From Patescibacteria group bacterium (lineage in GTDB: Bacteria; Patescibacteriota; Microgenomatia; Daviesbacterales; UBA10151): a DNA stretch of 64,000 nucleotides. The notes below the pieces were generated by a model, which had not been told where the DNA came from, ran no database searches, and was given only the letters and a program-made list of their open reading frames with translations. Shown one piece after another: positions 1-8,442 of this stretch. The translations under genes and the position numbers were made by a program. The DNA is taken from contig CALRFD010000002.1 in NCBI GenBank assembly GCA_943356485.1, positions 136,156 through 200,155 on the forward strand, written 5' to 3'. Each line of letters begins with the position of its first letter. The first letter of the stretch is position 1.

Positions 1-17
1 ACTAAACGGACAGTTAA

Positions 18-46
18 TTGACAAAATAAACATGATCGGCTATCCT
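18..46 (+). promoter_or_regulatory. sigma70-type promoter TTGACA-17-TATCCT, 6 nt upstream of ATG 53 (leaderless)
   Basis: TTGACA 18-23, TATCCT 41-46, ATG at 53, no Shine-Dalgarno. Confidence 0.65.
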
Positions 47-52
47 TAGAAA

Positions 53-367
53 ATGCGTTTTGTCGAAGGAGAGACCAATAGACAGAAAGTAAAGCAGGAA
101 AGCTGGGTTGATCGCTTAAATAGATCAGCTAGCAGATGCGCTATCTTAGCTATGGGCGCAACAGCAACTGGCGGTCTTTCTCTTTTCACTATAAATTACC
201 TATTAACCGGCCAAAATAAATTAGCGTTAGTCTCAGGGTTTTGTGCCTTAACCACAGCTTTCACTATGATAGTTACTCATTCTGAGTGGACTGAAGATGA
301 GGGAAAACAAACAAGCCCGGAACTTAATTCCCAACCAAAAACTCCACAACATCTCCGTCTTTCATAA
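53..367 (+). CDS. hypothetical membrane protein (2 TM)
   Basis: 104-aa ORF with two hydrophobic segments and a good promoter; its C-terminus overlaps the antisense orphan ychF tail. Confidence 0.6.
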   Translation: MRFVEGETNRQKVKQESWVDRLNRSASRCAILAMGATATGGLSLFTINYLLTGQNKLALVSGFCALTTAFTMIVTHSEWTEDEGKQTSPELNSQPKTPQHLRLS

Positions 368-377
368 CATATTCCTT
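324..377 (-). repeat. orphan duplicate of the ychF 3' end ([17 protein letters not shown])
   Basis: 47/54 nt identical to 1509-1562, including a 29-nt exact core AAAAACTCCACAACATCTCCGTCTTTCAT. Confidence 0.9.
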
Positions 378-400
378 AACGACCGAACTAAACGAGAAAA

Positions 401-455
401 AACATTCGGCAATATTAGGCAACTTCTGGCAATATTAGGTAATATTTGGTAATAT
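401..455. repeat. degenerate 10-nt tandem repeat (about AAYATTNGGY x5.5)
   Basis: aacattcggc aatattaggc aacttctggc aatattaggt aatatttggt aatat. Confidence 0.8.
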
Positions 456-460
456 GCTAT

Positions 461-496
461 TGTCATTGCGAAGCCATGAAGTGGCTGTGGCAATCT
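461..496 (+). repeat. REP-like palindrome of TGTCAT...AATCT type
   Basis: TGTC-ATTGC-GA-AGCCA-TGAAG-TGGCT-GTG-GCAAT-CT; same layout as 63191-63219. Confidence 0.75.
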
Positions 497-501
497 TGAT
501 T

Positions 502-1512
502 ATGACGATACCTCCAAACTACACACTGACTCCTAAAATATCTCAGCTTTTGCAGTCAATAGAAGCTAGCCGGGAAGTAATCAACTCGATCACTATTCCT
601 CCTGAAATCGAACTAAATATTCGCCGGCAATCAACCTTAAGAAGCTCACTTTTTTCTGCCAGAATCGAAGGCAATGATTTAACGCTAAACGATTTAGATT
701 CTACCCCATCAAAAAACCGAAAAAAAATTGAAGTCTTTAATATTCTAAAAGCTTTAAACTGGATCGGTGAGAAATCTCTAAAAGATATCTCACTAAAGGA
801 TATCTTTCAAATCCACGCTCTAGTTTTAAACGGTCTAATAGAAGAACCAAACTTAGGCAAATTTAGATCCAAAGTCAGTGCAATTTTTAATTCCGCCGGA
901 ATCGCAGTTTATATGCCGCCACCACCTAAGCAGGTGCAACCGTTAATCGAAAAATTGTTTAAATTCATCAATACCTCAAACGAACAATTTGTTCCAATCA
1001 AAGCCGCTATGACTCATTATACATTAGAGAAAATTCATCCATTTTTAGATGGAAACGGCAGAGTTGGTAGATTATTTTTGCAAGCAGTTTTAAAAAAAGA
1101 CGGATACGACATGAAAGGATTACTTTCCCTGGAAGAGTATCTGGATAACCACCGTAGTGCATACTACTTTGCCCTGGAAGATCCGGAAAGAGATATGACT
1201 GGATTTATTGAGTTCATGCTGGAGGCGATTGCCGAAACTGCCCAAAAAGCCAAAGAGTTGGTTCTGCAAAAATCCTTCGACTACGCTGAGGACAAGGAAA
1301 AAACAAAAATAGAAGATTATTTACTGCCCCGAAGGGCAGAAATTTTAAATATAATTAAAGAACATGGGACGGTAAGTTTTGATATGCTACACCGCAGATT
1401 TATGGCGATAAACGAACGAACGCTGCGTTACGACCTTTTGCAGCTGCAAAAAAAGGGCTTGATTAGAAAAAGAGGCGCCACAAAAGGGGTATATTATGAA
1501 GCTATTCACTAA
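502..1512 (+). CDS. Fic family protein with C-terminal winged HTH (probable start ATG 502, not 454)
   Basis: Fic motif HPFLDGNGRVGR; SARIEGN motif; C-terminal wHTH-like ERTLRYDL; the 454-501 extension is repeat-derived. Confidence 0.9.
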   Translation: MTIPPNYTLTPKISQLLQSIEASREVINSITIPPEIELNIRRQSTLRSSLFSARIEGNDLTLNDLDSTPSKNRKKIEVFNILKALNWIGEKSLKDISLKDIFQIHALVLNGLIEEPNLGKFRSKVSAIFNSAGIAVYMPPPPKQVQPLIEKLFKFINTSNEQFVPIKAAMTHYTLEKIHPFLDGNGRVGRLFLQAVLKKDGYDMKGLLSLEEYLDNHRSAYYFALEDPERDMTGFIEFMLEAIAETAQKAKELVLQKSFDYAEDKEKTKIEDYLLPRRAEILNIIKEHGTVSFDMLHRRFMAINERTLRYDLLQLQKKGLIRKRGATKGVYYEAIH

Positions 1513-2615
1513 CTCCCAATTAAAAACTCCACAACATCTCCGTCTTTCATGATATATTCTTTTCCTTCTGTCCGAACCCAACCTTTTTTCTTAGCCTCTG
1601 CTAACGATCCTGCTTCAATTAACTGATCATAGGAAACAACCTGAGCCCTGATAAAATTTTTCTCAAAATCTGTGTGGATCACTCCTGCGGCTTGCGGGGC
1701 TTTGTAACCTACTTTAAAAGTCCAGGCCCGGACTTCCTTTTTGCCTGCAGTTAGAAATGAGGCTAGACCAAGTAAGTGATAGGCTTTTTTAATCAATCTT
1801 TCCAAACCTGTCTCCTCAATTCCAAGCTCTTTTAAATATTCCACTCTTTCTTCTTCTGACAAATCCACCAATTCTTCTTCAACCTTGGCGCAAATAACGA
1901 GTGCGTTTTCCTGACCACTGTCCCCTGTAACCTGTAACCTTGATTCCTCAACGTTATATACATACAATACAGGCTTTATAGACAAAAGCGGCAAAGTTAA
2001 AATCCAGTTTTGAATTCTTTCGTCTAATCCTTCTGAAGTTTTAATTAAGGAATCTCCGATATATTTACCCTTATCCAAATCCTCCTTAATCTTTTTTAAT
2101 ATCTCTAGCTTCTTTGGATCAAGAGAATCCTTAGAAAATCTCAATTCCTTTTCTGCAAAATCCACCAACTTAGTAATAGTTTCTATATCCGCCAGGATTA
2201 GCTCTGTTTCAATAGTTTCTCTATCTGATTTTGGATTCTCAGATCCTTCCCGAATAATATTACTATCTGAAAAATCTCTTAAAACATGAATTATGGCGTC
2301 AACTTCCCTAATATGCGATAAAAATTTATTACCTAACCCTGCCCCCGTAGATGCTCCTTTAACCAATCCTGCAATATCTACAAATTCGCAAACAGCCGGC
2401 ACAATTGGAGGAAGAGAATCCATTTTCTCCTCGTCCTTTGTTAACTCGGCCAACTCCGAAAGTCGAACATCAGGAACAGCCACTACCCCTGTATTTGGTT
2501 CAATGGTCGCAAAAGGATAATTGGCAGAAAGAGCCACTCTTTTTTTCAAAAGAGCATTAAATAACGTACTTTTTCCAACATTAGGCAAACCAATAATCCC
2601 AACCTTTAAACTCAT
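1509..2615 (-). CDS. ychF: redox-regulated ATPase YchF
   Basis: [59 protein letters not shown]. Confidence 0.97.
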   Translation of the reverse strand: MSLKVGIIGLPNVGKSTLFNALLKKRVALSANYPFATIEPNTGVVAVPDVRLSELAELTKDEEKMDSLPPIVPAVCEFVDIAGLVKGASTGAGLGNKFLSHIREVDAIIHVLRDFSDSNIIREGSENPKSDRETIETELILADIETITKLVDFAEKELRFSKDSLDPKKLEILKKIKEDLDKGKYIGDSLIKTSEGLDERIQNWILTLPLLSIKPVLYVYNVEESRLQVTGDSGQENALVICAKVEEELVDLSEEERVEYLKELGIEETGLERLIKKAYHLLGLASFLTAGKKEVRAWTFKVGYKAPQAAGVIHTDFEKNFIRAQVVSYDQLIEAGSLAEAKKKGWVRTEGKEYIMKDGDVVEFLIGS

Positions 2616-2822
2616 TTTTTATTGACCCCCTATCAATTTTGTGATAAAAAATTATTTATCACTAGGGAGAAACGAACATATGACTACGTGTTATATGCAA
2701 CGCCTCCCATTTTGATGCGTTCGTTATAAAGCCATTATGCCATGTATTCAGGCCTTAAACAATGAATCACTCCATACTTCTTATCTTACTGACACCCAGA
2801 CCTCAGCAAGTCTTGCACCATT

Positions 2823-3941
2823 TTATTCTACCTCAGCTCCTGCTCCTGCATAATATTTATAAAGATTTCTCTGAATAATTTCCCTGATGACTAAGTCAGG
2901 TTTTTCCTCCTCTACTTTAGTTTTTTCAAGTCCCCAAAGAGGATCATTATGAAGTATTATGTTGTCAAAGTGGTATTTTAGAAAGTACATGGCACCCCCA
3001 ATATATTCAGGCGGAGCCCCAACGAAATAAGAGTCTGCATAAATTAGTACCTTGTTAATCTTATTTATCCTACTTAAAACACCATCTTTCAGTGTAAAAT
3101 TTACGATCGGTTCCTTAGAATTATCAGAACCATGAATTAAAGATTTTAATCTATTTAAATCGTGTGCATTTGTAATTTGTGAATTTATTGAGATGTTAAA
3201 ATCTGATAGTTGCAAACTATCAATATTTGGAAAATGATCTTTCAGTCTACTTATTATTGCCTGATAACCAATAAACGCACCGAAAGAATTCCAATGTGCA
3301 TCTTCTTTCCAATACAATGGTATATCAGTATTCTTTTTCGTATCGACAATTTGGGAGCCTAAGTACAAAACAGGAATTTCTCTTTTTTTTAAAGCGTTTA
3401 GAATTAGTGAGAGTTGAATATTCGAATTTATAAAATTTGGATATGGAAAGTATTCAGGATAAACTATCTCTTTATCCGGAACCACCACGAATAGATAAGG
3501 TATTCTTCTCCCATCCAAGTATTTTTTTTCATCTAAAAAATTGTCTCCTATCCATGATAACAACTTGTTTGATAAGGTAATGTGGTGATAATAATACTTG
3601 TAGGCTGGAGCCATAAAACGCGCTTCATTATGAAAATACCAACCATTAGCAGTTCTAATCACAGCAGCTACCGGACTTTTTTTAAATAATTCAAATTCAA
3701 TTGTAGCATCAAGAATAAGCAAAATATTTCTAAAACCAAAGTTATCATTGTAAAATTGTTCAAATTTTTTAGGAAATTCATCGATTTTCATCTTATCATT
3801 AATTACCGGAAACTGCGCCAAACGCCGCCACTCTGTATTATCTATCTTTGAAGTCATGCCTAAAAATAAGCCGATAAATGATAGACTAAGAAAAAAAATA
3901 AACACTGCAGTTAAAATTATATTGAAAAGATTTTTTTTCAT
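2823..3941 (-). CDS. algJ: AlgJ/AlgX-like SGNH O-acetyltransferase
   Basis: N-terminal TM, ExRxLAxFP, YNDNFGFR, VPDK, DAHWN motif; directly downstream of an MBOAT. Confidence 0.8.
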   Translation of the reverse strand: MKKNLFNIILTAVFIFFLSLSFIGLFLGMTSKIDNTEWRRLAQFPVINDKMKIDEFPKKFEQFYNDNFGFRNILLILDATIEFELFKKSPVAAVIRTANGWYFHNEARFMAPAYKYYYHHITLSNKLLSWIGDNFLDEKKYLDGRRIPYLFVVVPDKEIVYPEYFPYPNFINSNIQLSLILNALKKREIPVLYLGSQIVDTKKNTDIPLYWKEDAHWNSFGAFIGYQAIISRLKDHFPNIDSLQLSDFNISINSQITNAHDLNRLKSLIHGSDNSKEPIVNFTLKDGVLSRINKINKVLIYADSYFVGAPPEYIGGAMYFLKYHFDNIILHNDPLWGLEKTKVEEEKPDLVIREIIQRNLYKYYAGAGAEVE

Positions 3942-3945
3942 TTAC

Positions 3946-5391
3946 TTAAAATCTAAAATATAAAAAAGGATTATATGTTTTTGAAGCAACACTAATCGCT
4001 ATCAAAAAAAGCAATCCGGTTAATGCCGCCAATTTTAATAATTTAAACCTTACTTCAAAATTACTTCTAAATTTTCTAAAATAACTAGATACTGGAATTG
4101 AACAAATAACTCCTACTATCATTACTAAAATTATGTCCATCTGAAGAAAATATCCAGCAGGTTGAAAGATTATTCCTTCTTTTTTTAGTCCGAAAAGAAC
4201 CTGCAGATAGGAGAAAGCCTTGGTTAAATTCTCTGATCTGAAAAGTACCCAACCTGATATAAGGGCAAGCAAAGTATAGAGATGTTTAAAAGGAAGCCAT
4301 AAACTCTTAAATAAAACTCCGTTATTAAACCTTTCCAAACTTAAAAAAACTGCTTGTAGAATACCCCAAGCAATAAAATTCCAACTGGCTCCATGCCAAA
4401 CCCCAACTAAAATAAAGACCGTCCAAAGATTAAAATATCTTTTCAAAGCAGATACCCTACTTCCTCCCAGCGGAATATACAAATAATCCCTAAACCAACT
4501 TGATAATGTGATATGCCACCTTCTCCAAAACTCAGTAATAGAGGTTGAAATGTATGGATAATTAAAGTTTTCGGGAAAGCTAAAACCAAACATCCGGGCG
4601 AGTCCGATCGCCATATCAGAGTAACCTGAAAAGTCAAAATAGATCTGCAAGGTAAAACAAATAATTCCTACCCAGGCAACCGAAGCTCCTAAATGTTCAG
4701 TCGGGATAGAGAAAATCTCATTTACAATTGGGTTAAGTTTATCGGCAATTAATACTTTTTTAGCCAGACCAGAAATAAATCTTTCAACCCCAAATACAAA
4801 ATCATCAAAATAAATAACTCTTTTTTTAAGTTGCCCGGCAATTGAGTGATACCTGACTATTGGACCTGCTAAAAGATGCGGAAAGAATAAAAAATACAAA
4901 AGAAGACTGAAAGGATTTTTTTGAGCTTCTGCTTTTTTCCTAAAGATATCTACGTTATATGAAATCGCATGGAAGGTAAAAAATGAAATAGCCAAAGGCA
5001 GCCATATTTTAGGAACCGAAAGATTAAAATCATAACCGGGAACTGTGGTAAGATTTCGGATCAGGAAAGTAAAAAAGGTATTAAAATTTTGTATCAAAAA
5101 AACCCAATATTTATAATAAATCAAAAAGCCCAAATTTAGCAGAATTGAAAGAAATAAAATTTTTTTTGCTATTGATTTTTTCTTCAAGTATTTTTGGATC
5201 AACAACCCAAGAAAAAAGTTAAAAGCTACAGCAACCAGTAAGAAAGTAATGAAATCTGGTTCGCCCCAAAAGTAAAATACCAAACTGGCAATTATTAAAC
5301 TTAAGTTAGGGAATTTTCTGCCTATTGTAAAGTAAAAAAGTAGTAAAATCGGCAAAAAAAGAAAGAGGAAAACCGGAGAGCTGAACAACAT
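3946..5391 (-). CDS. algI: MBOAT family O-acyltransferase (AlgI/DltB-like)
   Basis: LPLAISFFTF, GPIVR, QIYFDFSGYSDMAIG, FWRRWHITLSSWFRDYLYIPLGG, WHGA. Confidence 0.93.
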   Translation of the reverse strand: MLFSSPVFLFLFLPILLLFYFTIGRKFPNLSLIIASLVFYFWGEPDFITFLLVAVAFNFFLGLLIQKYLKKKSIAKKILFLSILLNLGFLIYYKYWVFLIQNFNTFFTFLIRNLTTVPGYDFNLSVPKIWLPLAISFFTFHAISYNVDIFRKKAEAQKNPFSLLLYFLFFPHLLAGPIVRYHSIAGQLKKRVIYFDDFVFGVERFISGLAKKVLIADKLNPIVNEIFSIPTEHLGASVAWVGIICFTLQIYFDFSGYSDMAIGLARMFGFSFPENFNYPYISTSITEFWRRWHITLSSWFRDYLYIPLGGSRVSALKRYFNLWTVFILVGVWHGASWNFIAWGILQAVFLSLERFNNGVLFKSLWLPFKHLYTLLALISGWVLFRSENLTKAFSYLQVLFGLKKEGIIFQPAGYFLQMDIILVMIVGVICSIPVSSYFRKFRSNFEVRFKLLKLAALTGLLFLIAISVASKTYNPFLYFRF

Positions 5392-5461
5392 TCTTTATAT
5401 ATTAGCAAGGCACTGTTTAAATGACAACCAAATGCACGTTCACCTGAGGGGTCTACTGCGC

Positions 5462-5477
5462 CCTGCCTGCAGGCAGG
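5462..5477. repeat. perfect 16-bp palindrome CCTGCCTGCAGGCAGG (CCTGCC-family mini-repeat)
   Basis: self-complementary and GC-rich in an AT-rich spacer; related to the in-frame elements in purH, gdhA and rarA. Confidence 0.85.
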
Positions 5478-5493
5478 CAAGCAAGCAGGTTGG

Positions 5494-5541
5494 CACCTAG
5501 GGATTTTTGAATATTTTGAGGTTAGGTGTCTACTGACAAAT
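5494..5541. repeat. direct repeat copy 1 (CACCTAGGGATTTTT...CAAAT)
   Basis: about 36/48 identical to 6351-6395; internal hairpin GGCACCTA/TAGGTGTC. Confidence 0.7.
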
Positions 5542-5599
5542 TGAAGCCACCGGCATATCTTCAAATTTGACAAATTAAACCAGGTATACAATACTTAAA

Positions 5600-6313
5600 T
5601 TGGTGAACAAAAATAAGTTTCTGACTAATGCTATAAAAGTTTTCCGGGGGTGGCCGCTGCCCATTAAAATTATTATCTCTGTAGTTGCAGTTTTTGCAAT
5701 TTTGCAACAAGTCTCCCGCTTCAATTACTATAGACTTCAGCAAAATACAAAAAATAACACTACTCCCCATAAACAAACTGTTGATATAATCAAAGTTCCA
5801 GCCGCAGTTAAGGCTTTCTTAAGTGATGAAAATTTACAAAAAATGGATGAGGCCGGCATGAATATCTACACCGGAAATCACCCTCCAAAGATTGAAGGAA
5901 TTTATACTTTTAAAAATCTGGTAGTTAAATATGATCCCAATGGATATAAATTCCCCATTGTCACCTACAACTATACATTCAAAGATCAAAAAGATGACAA
6001 TACCGTGCTTTTCTCAAGTAAGAGTGAAGGCGGCGGCTCTAAAGGAGAATCAGATACAGGAGAAGGCAGGGGCGTGTTTATTTCCGGGGAGGGAAACTGT
6101 TTTTCCGTATATCTTGATAATGATGAAAAAGCAGGTCAGTGTGAATCTAAATCTGCAGAAATATTTTCAGCCTGCAAGGATGGAAAAGGACTGGTTGACA
6201 TGGATCAGGGAACTTTGTGGACTTATATGAGTGATAAATGTTCAAAAGAGGAATTTGTCCCGGCTGGATATATAAGGATATTTTCCCATAAAAGTTTAGC
6301 TCCCCGCCAATAA
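5600..6313 (+). CDS. hypothetical membrane-anchored protein
   Basis: 237-aa ORF, N-terminal TM, beta-rich Cys-containing ectodomain (YTGNHPPKIEGIY; ISGEGNCFSVY); TTGACA upstream. Confidence 0.75.
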   Translation: MVNKNKFLTNAIKVFRGWPLPIKIIISVVAVFAILQQVSRFNYYRLQQNTKNNTTPHKQTVDIIKVPAAVKAFLSDENLQKMDEAGMNIYTGNHPPKIEGIYTFKNLVVKYDPNGYKFPIVTYNYTFKDQKDDNTVLFSSKSEGGGSKGESDTGEGRGVFISGEGNCFSVYLDNDEKAGQCESKSAEIFSACKDGKGLVDMDQGTLWTYMSDKCSKEEFVPAGYIRIFSHKSLAPRQ

Positions 6314-6350
6314 AAAATGAAAGTACACCTCCGATGTGTATTAGCTAGGA

Positions 6351-6395
6351 CACCTAGGGATTTTTAACATTTTTGATGCTAGATTACAGGCAAAT
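6351..6395. repeat. direct repeat copy 2, preceded by hairpin TACAC-CTCCGAT-GTGTA (6324-6340)
   Basis: 15-nt exact match plus extended similarity to 5494-5541. Confidence 0.7.
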
Positions 6396-6419
6396 CTCAG
6401 GACTTCTGGAAAATATTGT

Positions 6420-6812
6420 CTATACTCTTTCTTTTAGTTCTATTTCTTCTTTTTTCAAATCAAACTTAATGATAAATTTATCGAAAAAGCCTTTCTGACC
6501 TGCTATGCCAAAAGCTTGATTGCTCAATTTCATAAATCCAACATCTGTCTGATATTCAATTCCTCCGACTTTTATACTTACTTTGTGCAGATAATAATAT
6601 TGAGGAATTCCTGTTACTCCTATAACTTCCTGCCTTATTCCTTTTACAATGTTTATACCCAAAATTATCGCTATATCTTCATCAAATATACAAATATCTG
6701 CCCCTGAATCAACTAAAACTTCATAAGGAACGCTTAAGGAGTTACAAGAAACCTCAATTTGAATTACAGAACGAAAAGTACCTGAATCATACTTTTTATA
6801 TTTGAATTTCAT
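6420..6812 (-). CDS. retropepsin-like aspartic protease
   Basis: LVDSGAD catalytic motif, GIAGQKGFF C-terminal motif, 130 aa. Confidence 0.8.
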   Translation of the reverse strand: MKFKYKKYDSGTFRSVIQIEVSCNSLSVPYEVLVDSGADICIFDEDIAIILGINIVKGIRQEVIGVTGIPQYYYLHKVSIKVGGIEYQTDVGFMKLSNQAFGIAGQKGFFDKFIIKFDLKKEEIELKERV

Positions 6813-7007
6813 TTACAAAGAGCCGATAAAAGTTGACAATTTAGAAGGCATTTTGGTAAGAATTGGTTTTTCAAAACCTTTTTTTAAAGCTTGATCCCAA
6901 GCTTCTTTACCTGTTTTACCACTTGATATAACTGTTTTTTCATCGCTCTGCAGAGCCACCCAAAGCCCTTTGTATTTTTTATAGATATGTGTCCAGTCAA
7001 TTGCCAT
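6813..7007 (-). CDS. small DUF5678-like protein, coupled to the aspartic protease
   Basis: KYKGLWVAL...VISSGK...A motif; abuts the protease start. Confidence 0.7.
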   Translation of the reverse strand: MAIDWTHIYKKYKGLWVALQSDEKTVISSGKTGKEAWDQALKKGFEKPILTKMPSKLSTFIGSL

Positions 7008-7050
7008 ATGTACAATATTATATCACTTATTTTCAAGCAAATTTTAGGAA

Positions 7051-8382
7051 TTACTTCTTTTTTCCTGGTTTTTTTGCAGAAAATTTTCTTTTCAGGAAAA
7101 ATGCCACCCCACCGGAAATTATTGCTAATACCAAACTAACCACAGTAATCTTTGTAACTGAAAGTTTTTGGGCGATTGTCACTGCTCCTGGCTTGTTACC
7201 ATTCGGAGTAATTGAGGTTACCTTTCCATCATTGGTTTTCACTTCTACCTTACCTTCATAAACAGCTACTGTAGTTTGATTTTTATTCTTGTCGTAAGAA
7301 ACCAAATAGTGGGTTTGTACAGAAAGGATTGTTCCGTTTGGTGTTTTGATACCATCATATGAACTATCGGAAATACCGGTGAGTTTTTTAACAACCTCTA
7401 CTTCCCCCATTTCCAAAAACGGCAAGTCATTCTCGTCTTTTCCCGGGATTTTAAGCACTGCTTGATTACTTGAACCAGGCCGTACTTCGTAAAAATTCTG
7501 GTTATTTTTGTCAGTCAACCGCATACGTTCTATTACTTGTATAGTCTTGCCTTGTTCTATACTTTCATGAGGGATATATCCCGGCAAAAAATCCCACGGT
7601 TTTCCTTCGCTATCTGTAGCAATTGAGGGCTCGGGAACTACCATCGGTATTTCTTTTGCCCCAGTTAAAAATTCCCCGGATTCTACCAGATTATTAATAT
7701 TAAAATTTTTACGAATATCCAGGATGGCCTGAATATTACGCCAGATTTCAATCGGGTTAACTTTAAAAAGATTAATTTGATCGGTTTTACTACTGGAATT
7801 ATTTCCGGAAGTAGCTGCTGCTTTATTTGTCTTCTGCTGGGAAACTACTGGAGAAGAACCTGATCTTGATGATGAACCTGTGTTAAAGAGTTTTACATCA
7901 TCCGCTGTTGCTGAAGAGGTGCATGAATTGTAGTCAAAATCAAAAATATAATCAGGCGGAACTTTACCTGTCCGGCGAATCCCTTCATCTATGGAGGCAG
8001 AACACCAAGCACCACCGTTTTGAGATTGCCATGAGAGATCCGGACAATTTTGGGCAGCGCCAAGCATAGAAAGTTTTTTCCACTCATCACAAGTTAAATG
8101 CCCAGGTGTTTGAGGTTCCAGCATCCATGTTTTCCTGTCAACACCCAGACATGCATCCAGTGTATCTTGTGCCTGAATACATTTATCTACAGAATCGTTG
8201 CAAGCTTTATCACAAACAGGGTTTTTATTATTACCCTGACATTCATTGCATACTGTTACGTCTTTTTCACAAGTAGAGACCCAATCCTTATACTTCTGCC
8301 TGCAATCAGCAGACTGGGCATAAGCGTTTGAAAAATTTGCCAAAAGCAGAAAGGCAAAAAAAGTTACTAAAATTCTGGGCAT
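7051..8382 (-). CDS. secreted Cys-rich protein with FecR-like domain and C-terminal TM anchor (probable start 8382)
   Basis: signal peptide, Cys-rich N-domain, S/T linker, IKTPNG...TTVAVYEGKVEV, C-terminal TM plus basic tail; TTGACT-17-TAAATT before 8382. Confidence 0.7.
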   Translation of the reverse strand: MPRILVTFFAFLLLANFSNAYAQSADCRQKYKDWVSTCEKDVTVCNECQGNNKNPVCDKACNDSVDKCIQAQDTLDACLGVDRKTWMLEPQTPGHLTCDEWKKLSMLGAAQNCPDLSWQSQNGGAWCSASIDEGIRRTGKVPPDYIFDFDYNSCTSSATADDVKLFNTGSSSRSGSSPVVSQQKTNKAAATSGNNSSSKTDQINLFKVNPIEIWRNIQAILDIRKNFNINNLVESGEFLTGAKEIPMVVPEPSIATDSEGKPWDFLPGYIPHESIEQGKTIQVIERMRLTDKNNQNFYEVRPGSSNQAVLKIPGKDENDLPFLEMGEVEVVKKLTGISDSSYDGIKTPNGTILSVQTHYLVSYDKNKNQTTVAVYEGKVEVKTNDGKVTSITPNGNKPGAVTIAQKLSVTKITVVSLVLAIISGGVAFFLKRKFSAKKPGKKK

Positions 8383-8442
8383 TAACTTAAATTTAGCTGA
8401 AAAAATTTGACAAGTCAAGAAATTTAATTTAATGTAAAATTA

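Noticed and set aside
454-501. N-terminal extension of Fic (MLLSLRSHEVAVAILI)
   Set aside because: Encoded by the REP-like palindrome; ATG 502 fits better.
2665-2725. hammerhead ribozyme
   Set aside because: GAAAC is present but the CUGANGA core and stem order do not fit.
5322-5591. 89-aa ORF containing PACLPACRQG
   Set aside because: It is a translation of the palindrome stack and overlaps the algI start; not a credible gene.
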